Source: an uncultured Actinomycetes bacterium (lineage in GTDB: Bacteria > Actinomycetota > Acidimicrobiia > IMCC26256 > JACDBD01). From it: DNA of 64,000 bases. The position numbers were made by a program, and so were the translations under genes. The number at the start of each line of letters is the position of its first letter. The first letter of the stretch is position 1. Shown in pieces: positions 48,646-57,259 of the stretch. A model generated the notes under the pieces. The model was given only the letters and a program-made list of their open reading frames with translations. It made no database searches and was not told where the DNA came from. The DNA is taken from positions 117,838 through 181,837 of the forward strand of contig CAWIJM010000008.1 in NCBI GenBank assembly GCA_963836445.1, in the 5' to 3' direction.

Positions 48646-49215
48646 TCAAGCCGCAACTCGAGTGGGCTGGTATCGCAGGGCGATCGCTCCCGATTGAAAC
48701 TGATGGCGATTTACGAGCTTGAGCTGGATCCGCTCACGTAGACCGGCGAGCAGTGTCGGCCCGTGGCCCGCCAGGACCGGTTGCACGAGGAACTCGTACT
48801 CGTCGATCAGTCCCAGATCCGCCAGGGCCAAGGGGAGGGTCACACCGCCCACGAAGAGGCCTTCGCCCGGCTCGTGCTTGAGCCGCTGAACAGCTTGCCC
48901 CAAGTCGCCCTGTACCAACTCCGCATTCCAATCGACCCCGCTCAGCGTCGTCGACACCACGTACTTCCTCGCCCGGTCGATGGTCTGGGCGAACGGGATC
49001 TCCCACTCATCCATCCAGTCGGGCCACGTGCCCGTCTCCGGGTGCCGCCACGCCGACTCCATCATCTCGTAGGTCACCCGGCCGAACAGCAGGGCATCGG
49101 CTCGTACCAACTGTGCGGTCCAGTAGCGCATCGACTCCTCGTCGGGGACCATCCCCGCCTCGTGATGGCAGCAGCCGTCGAGAGTGACGTTGATCGAGTA
49201 ACGAAGTGGTCTCAT
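48646..49215 (-). CDS. dihydrofolate reductase family protein (RibD C-terminal domain type)
   Basis: MRPLRYSINVTLDGCC..., LLFGRVTYE, LFVGGVTLPLALADLGLIDEYEFLVQPVLAG. An AAGGGGGA RBS precedes the internal ATG. Confidence 0.75.
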   Translation of the reverse strand: MRPLRYSINVTLDGCCHHEAGMVPDEESMRYWTAQLVRADALLFGRVTYEMMESAWRHPETGTWPDWMDEWEIPFAQTIDRARKYVVSTTLSGVDWNAELVQGDLGQAVQRLKHEPGEGLFVGGVTLPLALADLGLIDEYEFLVQPVLAGHGPTLLAGLRERIQLKLVNRHQFQSGAIALRYQPTRVAA

Positions 49216-49487
49216 CGAGATTCCCCCTTGATCCGGCCGGACCGTACTTGGACGGCCGCCTCGCCCCTTTCTCATCGGTGGCGGGTCCCTCCTGTGCTGT
49301 GTGAACAAGCGCACCGGGGCCGACTGTTGGCGCCACCGAATCGGCGTTCTGCTTGTGCCCGACGGCCAGCGGCAGTTGTCACAGAACGCGGTTGGTTCGG
49401 TGGACAGCCGCATCTCCGACCGCCGGCTCAAGGACGGGTGGAGAACCCTGTACTCACGCGGCGAGGGTGACGAAGCGCGTGAGCGCT

Positions 49488-49527
49488 GGCGTTGCTTCAA
49501 GCCGCAAGTCCCCCCTCCGACACGAAC
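49488..49527 (+). repeat. copy of the tRNA-Leu(GAG) 3' end (att-like remnant C)
   Basis: CAAGTCCCCCCTCCGACACG (49505-49524) is identical over 20 nt to 46333-46352. It is followed by AAC, as in copy D. Confidence 0.65.
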
Positions 49528-50032
49528 CTTTGGGCGGCGTGGTCGAATTCGATTGGCACAGCTCGCGCGGCGAAGCTCACGCGAGCGGTGCCCGAACCGC
49601 GGTCTTCATCACGTGTCGAGCTTCTAGGCGTAGACGGGGGAGCGCATATCGATGCTCGGGCGCGGCGGAGCGGTCGTCGTCGATGTCGTTATGGCGCGGG
49701 GTGAGAGTGAGAAGTGCAGCACCAGAACCATCGAATAGGGGCGGTCGCTCGGTGGCTGTTAGCCGGCGTCGGCTTCCATGTGCTCGCCGTCCAACCCGTC
49801 GAGGAACTCTCTAGCTGCCCGTTTGCACCCGAGCACCGTGAAGGGCCGCGTGCTGCCCGTGCTGCGAAATGATCTCGTGTTCGCGCTCGGGCTCTGAGCG
49901 ACGCTTGCGCCAGATGACCACGGCAAGTTGCCACTCATCGCGCAACCGTCGCCAGGCCGAATCGTCACACCCTTCGGGCATCTGGCCAACCGGCAACGCA
50001 ACCGGATCTGGTGGCTAACCGTTGCCGAGTCC

Positions 50033-50950
50033 TCACGGGCGAACGCGGATGATGGTCTTCCCGTCGCGTCGCTCGGTCGGGTTGAGGGCGGTGACGGCGT
50101 CGTCGAGGGTCGCGACGTTGCCGATGTTCGTCCGCAGTCGTCCGTCCCGCACCCGCTGGACGATCTCACCCAGCTGGGCACGATCGGACTCGACAACGAA
50201 GTCGATCGCCAGGCCGTCCGCGGGCCGCGCCTCGGGCGGCCCGACGACCGTCACCAGTGTTCCTCCGGCTCGGATCATGCCTGCGGATCGCTTCTGGATG
50301 TCGCCGCCGATGACGTCGAAGACCAGGTCGACTTCGCCGACGTCTTCGAGGGTGTCGTTGTCGAGGTCGACGAATTCCATTGCGCCGTAGTCGAGCGCCT
50401 TCTGGCGGTCGGCGGCGCGTCCGGTGCCGATGACGTAGGCGCCGGCCTCTCGGGCGAGTTGCGTCACCATCGTTCCGACCGCCCCGGCGGCGCCGTGCGC
50501 GAGGACGCGCTCTCCCGCCTGGAGGCGGCCGTGCTGGAACAGTCCCTGCCACGCGGTGAGGCCAGAGATCGGCAGGCTTGCGCCCACTGTGAAGTCGACG
50601 TCGCCCGGCAAAGGCGCGAGGTTGCGTGCCTCGACGGCCGCGTACTCGGCCAGGGTGCCGTCGCGATGCCAGTCGGTGAGACCGAACACCCGCTGTCCTA
50701 TCGAGAGACCCGTCGTGCCGTAGCCGAGGATGGTGACAATTCCGGCCAGCTCGTGCCCGGGGATCGAGGGTGTCCGATCACGGTCGCGGCGATCGGTCCA
50801 GGTCGAGGGCCAGGCCAGCTCGGTCTGGACGAATCCCGACGCATGAATCCGAACGACGACGTCATTTATCGCTGCCGGCGGCTCGGGTCGCTCCGCCAGC
50901 GTCATCCCGGCCGTTCCCGCAGCCTGGTCGGTCACCACGATCGCTTTCAT
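50033..50950 (-). CDS. NADPH:quinone oxidoreductase / zinc-type alcohol dehydrogenase (MDR) family protein
   Basis: MKAIVV...PGHELAG...RVLAHGAAGAVGTMVTQLA... Rossmann motif, 305 aa from the internal ATG. Confidence 0.85.
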   Translation of the reverse strand: MKAIVVTDQAAGTAGMTLAERPEPPAAINDVVVRIHASGFVQTELAWPSTWTDRRDRDRTPSIPGHELAGIVTILGYGTTGLSIGQRVFGLTDWHRDGTLAEYAAVEARNLAPLPGDVDFTVGASLPISGLTAWQGLFQHGRLQAGERVLAHGAAGAVGTMVTQLAREAGAYVIGTGRAADRQKALDYGAMEFVDLDNDTLEDVGEVDLVFDVIGGDIQKRSAGMIRAGGTLVTVVGPPEARPADGLAIDFVVESDRAQLGEIVQRVRDGRLRTNIGNVATLDDAVTALNPTERRDGKTIIRVRP

Positions 50951-51012
50951 GAAATTGTCTCCTCGGTCATGTGTCTCTTCGTTGGAATGTTGCAGGGATG
51001 GCCGTGTGGCAC

Positions 51013-51165
51013 TCACGGACGAACGCTGATGATCGTCTGCCCGCTGATCCGCTCGGTCGGATTGAACGCCGTAGCGGCATCGTCGAGGGTCGCGACGTTG
51101 CCGATGTTCGCCCGTAGTCCTCCGTCACGCAGCCGCTGGACGATCTCACCCAATGAAGACGGGCC
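51013..51165 (-). pseudogene. 3'-terminal fragment (about 50 codons) of a paralogous MDR oxidoreductase
   Basis: LGEIVQRLRDGGLRANIGNVATLDDAATAFNPTERISGQTIISVRP* parallels the C-terminus of the 50033..50950 gene. The nucleotide similarity is visible by eye. Confidence 0.6.
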
Positions 51166-51274
51166 GGACACATGTGTCAGGTTCTCGGGTGTAGGAGCGC
51201 GGCGGAGTCGATCTGATTGCGGAGTTTGGCGCCGAAGCGCGCGGCGGGGCCGCCGCCGACGACTTTGTTCGCGG

Positions 51275-51730
51275 TCAGCTTGCGTTGATCGTCGTGGACA
51301 TGCCTTGTGCGAAGTGGCTGACGACGGTGCCGTCCTCCTCGGTGTCGACGACGTTGCAAAACAAGGTGTACGACCCGGCAGACAGCTTGAAGGTCTTGGA
51401 CTTGGTCTTGCCCTTCTTGATGTTCTCCAGCTCACCAAGCTGGTCGCGCTTGGGGATCGGGTCCTCGTCGACAGAGCCGTCGGCCTTGGTCGGCAGCGCC
51501 GCCGGATCAGCGCCTCGCACGACGACGAACTCGTGCTTCTCAGTACCGGCGTTCTTCACGGCGAAGTTGATCTTGCCCTTTGCGACGAATTGGAGCGCCG
51601 GTGTGACCTGGTACTCGACGAGCTGCACCTTCACTTTCGGCGGCTTGGCGGTCGCCGCCAGCGATGGGGTGAAACCCCCTGCCACGGCCCCGACGACCAT
51701 CGTGGCAAGGACGAAGCGTCCAAGTCTCAT
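51275..51730 (-). CDS. secreted cupredoxin-like protein
   Basis: Signal peptide (MRLGRFVLATMVVGAVAGG...AATA). Candidate type-1 Cu ligands are His (KHEF), Cys (LFCN), His (SHF) and Met (QGM), with an unusually long Cys-His spacing. Confidence 0.55.
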   Translation of the reverse strand: MRLGRFVLATMVVGAVAGGFTPSLAATAKPPKVKVQLVEYQVTPALQFVAKGKINFAVKNAGTEKHEFVVVRGADPAALPTKADGSVDEDPIPKRDQLGELENIKKGKTKSKTFKLSAGSYTLFCNVVDTEEDGTVVSHFAQGMSTTINAS

Positions 51731-52263
51731 GTGTCACCCCCCGTACCATGGTTCACCGTCGGACCCGGGAGGCCAGAGACCCGGTCGTGTTGCTGTGGTG
51801 TCTCCCACCTCCGCCTTCCTCCCGAGCAGGGAGTCCCTGGGCAGGGAGGGTGGTCTCCTCGGGAGTTGCCCTCAGTTTCCTCCCGCGGTCAAGCGGACCG
51901 CCGATGGGGGTGGGGCGCGTCGCGAACTGGCGCCAGCGCTTCCGCAACTCGTCCCGACCCGTTCTCTTTGCCGCGGCTCTTTGTCCCGGACCTGGCAAGG
52001 TCCTGGAAGGTCCCCCGGATGAACGCCTGACCGGAGCGGACGATGCCTAAAACCCCACGTTGCGGATGCGGTTTGCCGTGTACGGCCAGAAGATCAAGAA
52101 GCACGTCAGCAATAGCCTCAGAAGAAGAGCCCAAACGTCTGGACGGACTGTCCCGGATTACACGGAGCGGATCTACTGGACTCACGAAGGGGCCCTGGAC
52201 GCGTAGAGCCGCAGGTCAGATGCCAGGTACGAGACAGAGCAACGGTTCGACCCGCGGTGCGAA

Positions 52264-52321
52264 TAGCTTGAGGGGCTAGTGCCCGCAAGGGCGTGGGGGA
52301 TCATCTCCCGCCTCCGACACG
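52264..52321 (+). repeat. 58-nt direct repeat of the 3' half of tRNA-Leu(GAG) (att-like copy D)
   Basis: 52264-52299 is identical (36/36) to 46295-46330. The next 22 nt match 18/22 of 46331-46352. Confidence 0.8.
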
Positions 52322-52367
52322 AACGGTTTGCGCGATGAGTTTCCGCGCTCGTGCAGTCTGTGGAGCT

Positions 52368-52895
52368 ATGGAAGCGAAGAATCTCGCTGAAGGAGAGGGC
52401 CTGCCGCTCATCGAGTGGTCCCGGGTCGACAGCGAACTCGAGGACCGGCTCGACAACTGGGACCCCGGAGCACCGGACCGCCCGACGTGCTGGTTGACCA
52501 CGATCAGTGCCGATGGAAGTCCCCACGTGACGAGCGTCGGTGCGCTGTGGCACGCGGGCTCGTTCTGGTTCCAGACCGGCGAACGGACGCGCAAGGCACG
52601 GAACGTTGCGCGGGACGCGCGCTGTTCGATGAGCGTCGCCACGCGTGGACTCGACGTCGTGGTCGAGGGAGAGGCACACCGCGTCACCGACCCGAGGCTG
52701 GTGTCCGAGGCGGCGTCGTTGTGGGCGCAGGGCGGATGGCCGGCCCGGGTCGACGAGTCCGGAACGGCGATCACCGCGGATTTCAATGCGCCATCGGTTG
52801 GCCCGCCGCCGTGGTTCGTCTACCAAGTCACACCGTACGCGGCAACGGCGGTCAGTGCCGTCGAACCCTACGGTTCAACCCGCTGGCGATTCTGA
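52368..52895 (+). CDS. pyridoxamine 5'-phosphate oxidase family protein (alternative start at 52335)
   Basis: CWLTTISADGSPHVTSVGALWHAGSFWFQTG...KARN is the typical PNPOx-like split-barrel pattern. Confidence 0.7.
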   Translation: MEAKNLAEGEGLPLIEWSRVDSELEDRLDNWDPGAPDRPTCWLTTISADGSPHVTSVGALWHAGSFWFQTGERTRKARNVARDARCSMSVATRGLDVVVEGEAHRVTDPRLVSEAASLWAQGGWPARVDESGTAITADFNAPSVGPPPWFVYQVTPYAATAVSAVEPYGSTRWRF

Positions 52896-53040
52896 GCGCG
52901 CGCATTTCGGTACGCGCCTACGCTGCGCCCGTGACGGGCGAAGTCCGCTGCGCGCGCGCCGTCGACGTGACGCTCGCCGAGTTGCACTTCGAGGCATTCC
53001 TGCCCGCTGAGCAAAGCACCGCCGACGTGCTGCGCCGCCA

Positions 53041-53382
53041 ATGGGGATGACGATCGATGACGCCCGGGCGATCGCGGCCACGCTGCCTCGTTCGTACGAG
53101 GCGGTCGTGCGTGACGAGGTGCGGTTCCGAGTTGGTCGCATCGTATATGCCGCTTTCTACTGCGACGAGACCATCATGGGCTTCGGCTTCCCTCGGGAAG
53201 AACGTGAGGCGCTCGTCGCTTCGGAGCCTGACAAGTTCCTCATGCCCCGCCCCTCCGACATGCGGTACCGGTGGGTCTGCGTTCGGCTCAACGCGATCGA
53301 CGTGGACGAGTTGCGAGAGCTCCTCGTAGACGCGTGGCGCATGTGTGTGCCGAAGAAGGTGGCAGCCGCCTATGAGGGTTGA
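53041..53382 (+). CDS. MmcQ/YjbR family DNA-binding protein
   Basis: IAATLPRSYEAVVRDEVRFRVGRIVYAAF... 113 aa with the typical length and pattern. Confidence 0.7.
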   Translation: MGMTIDDARAIAATLPRSYEAVVRDEVRFRVGRIVYAAFYCDETIMGFGFPREEREALVASEPDKFLMPRPSDMRYRWVCVRLNAIDVDELRELLVDAWRMCVPKKVAAAYEG

Positions 53383-53488
53383 CTGGTGGAGACCGGGCGC
53401 AGTCACAGCTCCTGGTGCATCGAGAGACGGAAGAACCGCGAGGGGAGCGGAGTTGAGCTTGGGTGTGCGTTGAAGCGGGCGTCGATGG

Positions 53489-54049
53489 TCAGAACGGGGT
53501 GCGGTAGCGGAGATACACGACACCGTTGCCGAACCGGCGCTCGTCCAGCAGCTCGAGCTCGGCGCGCGTGTCGCTGGGCAGTGACGGCTTGCCCCCTCCG
53601 ATGAGTACGGGATAGATGAACAGGTGGCACTCATCGACCAGCCCGGCCTTGAAAGCGCGCGCTGCGAGTTTCGAGCCTCCCACGGTGAGATCACTGGCGG
53701 CTGAGGCCTTCATGTCGCGGACCGAGTCGGGGTCGAAGTGACGCTCGAGCTGGGTCTTGGCGGTCGGTACAGCGTCCAGGGTCGTGGAGTAGACGACCTT
53801 GTCCGCGGCCTGCCAGACGTTGGCGAAGTCGCCCATGAGCTCCGACTGAGCGGCCAGGGTCGAGTCGGTTTCCCAGACGGCCATCGTTTCGTACAGGCGC
53901 CGCCCGTAGAGGTAGGTGCCGACGGAGCGCACGAGGTCGGTGATGAACGCGAAGACCTCGTCGTCGGGCTCGGTCCAGTCGAAGTTGCCGTGCTCGTCCT
54001 CGATGTAGCCGTCGAGCGACACGTTCGACACGTAGATCAGCTTGGCCAT
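53489..54049 (-). CDS. dihydrofolate reductase family protein (RibD C-terminal domain type)
   Basis: MAKLIYVSNVSLDGYIED..., YLYGRRLYE, LTVGGSKLAARAFKAGLVDECHLFIYPVLIGGG. Confidence 0.75.
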   Translation of the reverse strand: MAKLIYVSNVSLDGYIEDEHGNFDWTEPDDEVFAFITDLVRSVGTYLYGRRLYETMAVWETDSTLAAQSELMGDFANVWQAADKVVYSTTLDAVPTAKTQLERHFDPDSVRDMKASAASDLTVGGSKLAARAFKAGLVDECHLFIYPVLIGGGKPSLPSDTRAELELLDERRFGNGVVYLRYRTPF

Positions 54050-54143
54050 ACCACTCCGTCCGCCTGTCGAAGAACCACCGGGTCTCGACGCGCGCCCTCC
54101 TCGCGACACGCGTGCGCTCCGTCCGCGATCGGAGCGATGGGTA

Positions 54144-54494
54144 TCACGTTCTCGACTTGTCGAAGTAGAGAAGGAGGTTGTGTGCGGCGCGCATGACCTC
54201 GGTGTGCTCCCACTCGGCGGCCCGGTAGTAGCAGGCGATCAAGCCCATGCGGTGCAGGCGATGAAAGTCGCCGAACACGAAGGCATACCGGGCTTTTGTT
54301 TCATCTGGTGCGCCATCGGTGAGCGCGAGGTGCCAGGACGCGTACTCCGCCCAACCATGAGCCTTGAGGAACGCGTTCTGCTCGGCCGCCCGCGGTTGGA
54401 CGTCAGCCCATCGGCTGCGCACCCGGTACTGCCGGGCGTCGATCAGGTTCCGAGCCTTGGCCACAGCCCTCTTGTTCACCGAGTACGTGGCCAT
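54144..54494 (-). CDS. hypothetical protein (116 aa)
   Basis: Intact ORF 35 nt downstream of the 54530..54826 gene on the same strand. No family was recognised by eye. Confidence 0.5.
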   Translation of the reverse strand: MATYSVNKRAVAKARNLIDARQYRVRSRWADVQPRAAEQNAFLKAHGWAEYASWHLALTDGAPDETKARYAFVFGDFHRLHRMGLIACYYRAAEWEHTEVMRAAHNLLLYFDKSRT

Positions 54495-54529
54495 GAACCA
54501 AGTCTGCCCGAGATGCTCGACCTGGCTGG

Positions 54530-54826
54530 TTATTGCTTGTCCTCGACGGTGAATCCCAGCTTTCTGAGCACCGCGACGGCGCCGCTCTTCCCGCCCTCGA
54601 AATCACCGGGGCCAAGGTGCTTGCCGGTGGCGAGCTCATAGGCGGTGCCCAAGATCGCCTTGTGAGGGTAGCGGTGCCTGTCCCAGACGAGCTCGTAGCT
54701 CCTGCTCGGGCCGAAACCATGCTTCGAGAAGAATCGGTCCGGCCCTAGTCGGTCGTATTCCTTGATGGCGCGCAAGACGTCACCATGAGCCACGTCTGCA
54801 CGCAGCCTGGGGAGTGCATCTGTCAT
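54530..54826 (-). CDS. standalone ScoMcrA-like N-terminal head-domain protein
   Basis: VLRAIKEYDRLGPDRFFSKHGFGPSRSYELVWDRHRYPHKAILGTAYELATGKHLGPGDFEGGKSGAVAVLRKLGFTV matches my recollection of the N-terminal module that normally precedes HNH/McrA-type nucleases in actinomycetes. Confidence 0.5.
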   Translation of the reverse strand: MTDALPRLRADVAHGDVLRAIKEYDRLGPDRFFSKHGFGPSRSYELVWDRHRYPHKAILGTAYELATGKHLGPGDFEGGKSGAVAVLRKLGFTVEDKQ

Positions 54827-55064
54827 CGGGTCCTCCTCAGGATCGGTCTGGCATGCATTTCTCCCATGCTGTCATCGTGAGGGTCGCGCGCCCCGCTGAC
54901 TTCACTGCTAGCGAGCACCCGTGGTTGCGACCAGCCGGAACTGCGGCCTTCCCGCTACCAGGGGGCACGAACGGCGGCCGACCGTGGAGATACGAGCGGA
55001 TTCGTCTGCGGGTACGCACCCGCGCCGCGTGCACGAAGGCAGGTGGTGCGAAGCTCGTACGGCT

Positions 55065-55478
55065 TCAGCGGATCAGGCCGAGGCCCTCCTGGCAGTGCGG
55101 GCCGCCCCAGTGCTCGACGATCTTTCCGTCGCGCATGCGGAGGATGGCGGTGCCATTGATCTCGACCTGCTCGCCCGAAGGCGGAAGGTCGTAGAACGCG
55201 GTGCCGGTGTGCGTGCCTTTCACGGTCCAGTTGGAGACGACGAGGTCACCGGACTCGATGACGAGGTTCACGGAGAACGTCATGTCGGGGAACGCCGACC
55301 TCGCCTGCTCCCACCATTGCTGCTCGGAGCCACGGATATCGGCCCCCACGCGGTCCGGGCTGACCCGTCCGGTCACGTGACTCTCGAAATCCTCTGACCA
55401 GAACGCGTAGACCGCTTCGGTGTCGCCGGCCTCCATCGCCGCGCTGTACTCGGCGAGGGTCCGCAGGTTGTCCGACAT
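55065..55478 (-). CDS. SnoaL-like ester cyclase family protein
   Basis: AEYSAAMEAGDTEAVYAFWSEDF...NWTVKGTHTG...INGTAILRMRDGKIVEHWG. Confidence 0.7.
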   Translation of the reverse strand: MSDNLRTLAEYSAAMEAGDTEAVYAFWSEDFESHVTGRVSPDRVGADIRGSEQQWWEQARSAFPDMTFSVNLVIESGDLVVSNWTVKGTHTGTAFYDLPPSGEQVEINGTAILRMRDGKIVEHWGGPHCQEGLGLIR

Positions 55479-55584
55479 GCCCACCCCTTCCTTCGTGCCC
55501 AGGCCGAGCCTGTGTACCACCACTCCAGTTGCCCGGTCGGGCTGCGGGTTGTGCTGCCTGCCGTCGGCCGATATATTCACCCCT

Positions 55585-55932
55585 ATGGGTGAACTTCCAG
55601 CAGGCGTCCTCGACCGGGTCTTCTCGGCGGTCTCCGATCCCACGCGCCGCGCCATCCTGGCCCGTCTCGCCGACTCGGACGCGAGGGTCACGGATCTCGC
55701 GAGCGACTTTCCGATCTCACTCAACTCGACCTCCAAGCACATTCGGGTGCTGGAGGGCGCCGGCCTCGTGCGACGGAGTGTCCGAGGGCGCGAGCACATC
55801 TTGACCCTCGATGCGGCGCCACTTGCCGAAGCAGCCGAGTGGGTCGAGCACTACCGGGGGTTCTGGAGCGATCAGCTCGCCTCCCTCGACGCCTTCGTCA
55901 CCGGCCGCGACAAGGCTGCGAGTTCGTCGTGA
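55585..55932 (+). CDS. ArsR/SmtB family transcriptional regulator
   Basis: VFSAVSDPTRRAILARLADSDARVTDLASDFPISLNSTSKHIRVLEGAGLV. Confidence 0.85.
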   Translation: MGELPAGVLDRVFSAVSDPTRRAILARLADSDARVTDLASDFPISLNSTSKHIRVLEGAGLVRRSVRGREHILTLDAAPLAEAAEWVEHYRGFWSDQLASLDAFVTGRDKAASSS

Positions 55933-56372
55933 CGGGCGAATACGCGGTCACCGTCCGGCGGGAGATAGCGGCCCCTGCCGAAGAGCTCTTCGACGCATGG
56001 TTGGACGCGCACAGCCTCGGGTCGTGGCTCAGGCCGGGAGGCGTTCGGGAGACTCGTGCCGAAACTGATCCACGGGAGGGCGGCTCCTTCCGCATCGTCA
56101 TGGTCAACGAGGAGTCGTCTTTCGAGCACGTAGGCACGTATCGCGAGATCGACCGACCGCGCCGCCTCGTGTTCACGTGGTCATCGCACGCGACGCGGTT
56201 CCGGGACTCGGTCGTGACCGTGACCTTCCAGTCCTTGTCGAGCTCGACCGTGGTCGAGATCCATCAGGTCGGGCTCCCGGACGAGGAGGAACGCGCCTCG
56301 CATCACGCGGGATGGTCGGATGCCCTCCGCGAGCTCGGCCGCGTCATGAGTGACAGGAGGATGGACCGATGA
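55929..56372 (+). CDS. SRPBCC (AHSA1/Aha1-like) family protein
   Basis: The GTG overlaps the ArsR stop. VRREIAAPAEELFDAWLDAHSLGSWL...FTWS...GWSDALRELGRVM. Confidence 0.75.
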   Translation: MTGEYAVTVRREIAAPAEELFDAWLDAHSLGSWLRPGGVRETRAETDPREGGSFRIVMVNEESSFEHVGTYREIDRPRRLVFTWSSHATRFRDSVVTVTFQSLSSSTVVEIHQVGLPDEEERASHHAGWSDALRELGRVMSDRRMDR

Positions 56373-57122
56373 CCAAGCACCGCACCGGAACCCGTGAGGA
56401 GTGGCTCGCGGCCGCGCCTCGAGCTGCTCGAAGCTGAAAAGGAATTGACGCGCCGCAGCGACGACCTCGCGCGCCGGCGGCGAGACCTGCCGTGGGTAGA
56501 GCTCGACAAGGACTACGTCTTCGACACCGAGCAGGGCGAAGCCACGCTCGCGGATTTGTTCCGCGGCCGTTCGCAGTTGCTCGTACATCACTTCATGTTC
56601 CATCCCGACTGGGACGAAGGCTGCCCGAGCTGTTCTGGGATGGCCGACGGCTTCGACGAGACACATCTCCATCTCCAGAACCACGACGTCGCCTTCACCG
56701 CCATCTCCCGGGCCCCGCTCGAGAAGCTGCTCGCGTATCGCGAGCGGATGAAGTGGAGCTTCCCGTGGGCATCGTCGGGTCGCAGCGACTTCAACTACGA
56801 CTTTCACGTCACGATCGACGCGTCCGTCGCGCCGGTCGAATACAACTTCCGGAACCAGGCCGAGCTCGAGCAGGAGAACAGCAACTGGCGCGACGCCGGA
56901 CAACCAGGAGGTGCCTGGTCCGGCGAACAGCCCGGTATGAGCGCGTTCGCGCGTGACGGCGACGACGTGTTCCACACGTACTCCGCGTACGCCCGCGGCT
57001 TCGACGGACTGTGGACGATGTGGCAGTTGCTCGACCGGGCGCCGCTCGGCCGCAACGAAGGCGACCTGTCATGGTTCCACCGGCACGACCAGTACCCGGC
57101 GCTTCCGGGCGGACCGTCGTGA
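56369..57122 (+). CDS. DUF899 thioredoxin-like protein, one frame change near 56410
   Basis: MTKHRTGTREEWLAA in one frame, then RLELLEAEKELTR...LPWVELDKDYVFD...EGCPSCS... in ORF 56394..57122. Confidence 0.75.
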
Positions 57123-57259
57123 CAATCGCGCATGTCGCGGGGATACCAGTCGAGGAACTGGTGATGCCGTTCATCATCTCCGCGGGTGCCGCGCTCGTTG
57201 GTATTCGCGCCATGTTCGTTCGTCGTAGAGCTCGACCGCCGAGAAAATAGGAGTCCGAC

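Noticed and set aside
48644-49507. A 13-nt direct repeat, CTTCAAGCCGCAA, at 48644-48656 and 49495-49507 bracketing the DHFR-family gene, possibly a target-site duplication.
   Set aside because: Exact 13-mers are expected to recur by chance several times in 64 kb of biased-composition DNA. One copy is inside the coding 3' end of the gene. There are no flanking inverted repeats.
49600-50030. Short minus-strand ORFs downstream of the MDR oxidoreductase (for example MPEGCDDSAWRRLRDEWQLAVVIWRKRR...) as a small regulator or antitoxin.
   Set aside because: No recognisable HTH or toxin-antitoxin motif, the frame is interrupted by a stop or shift, and there is no RBS. It is most likely a non-coding or degraded remnant.
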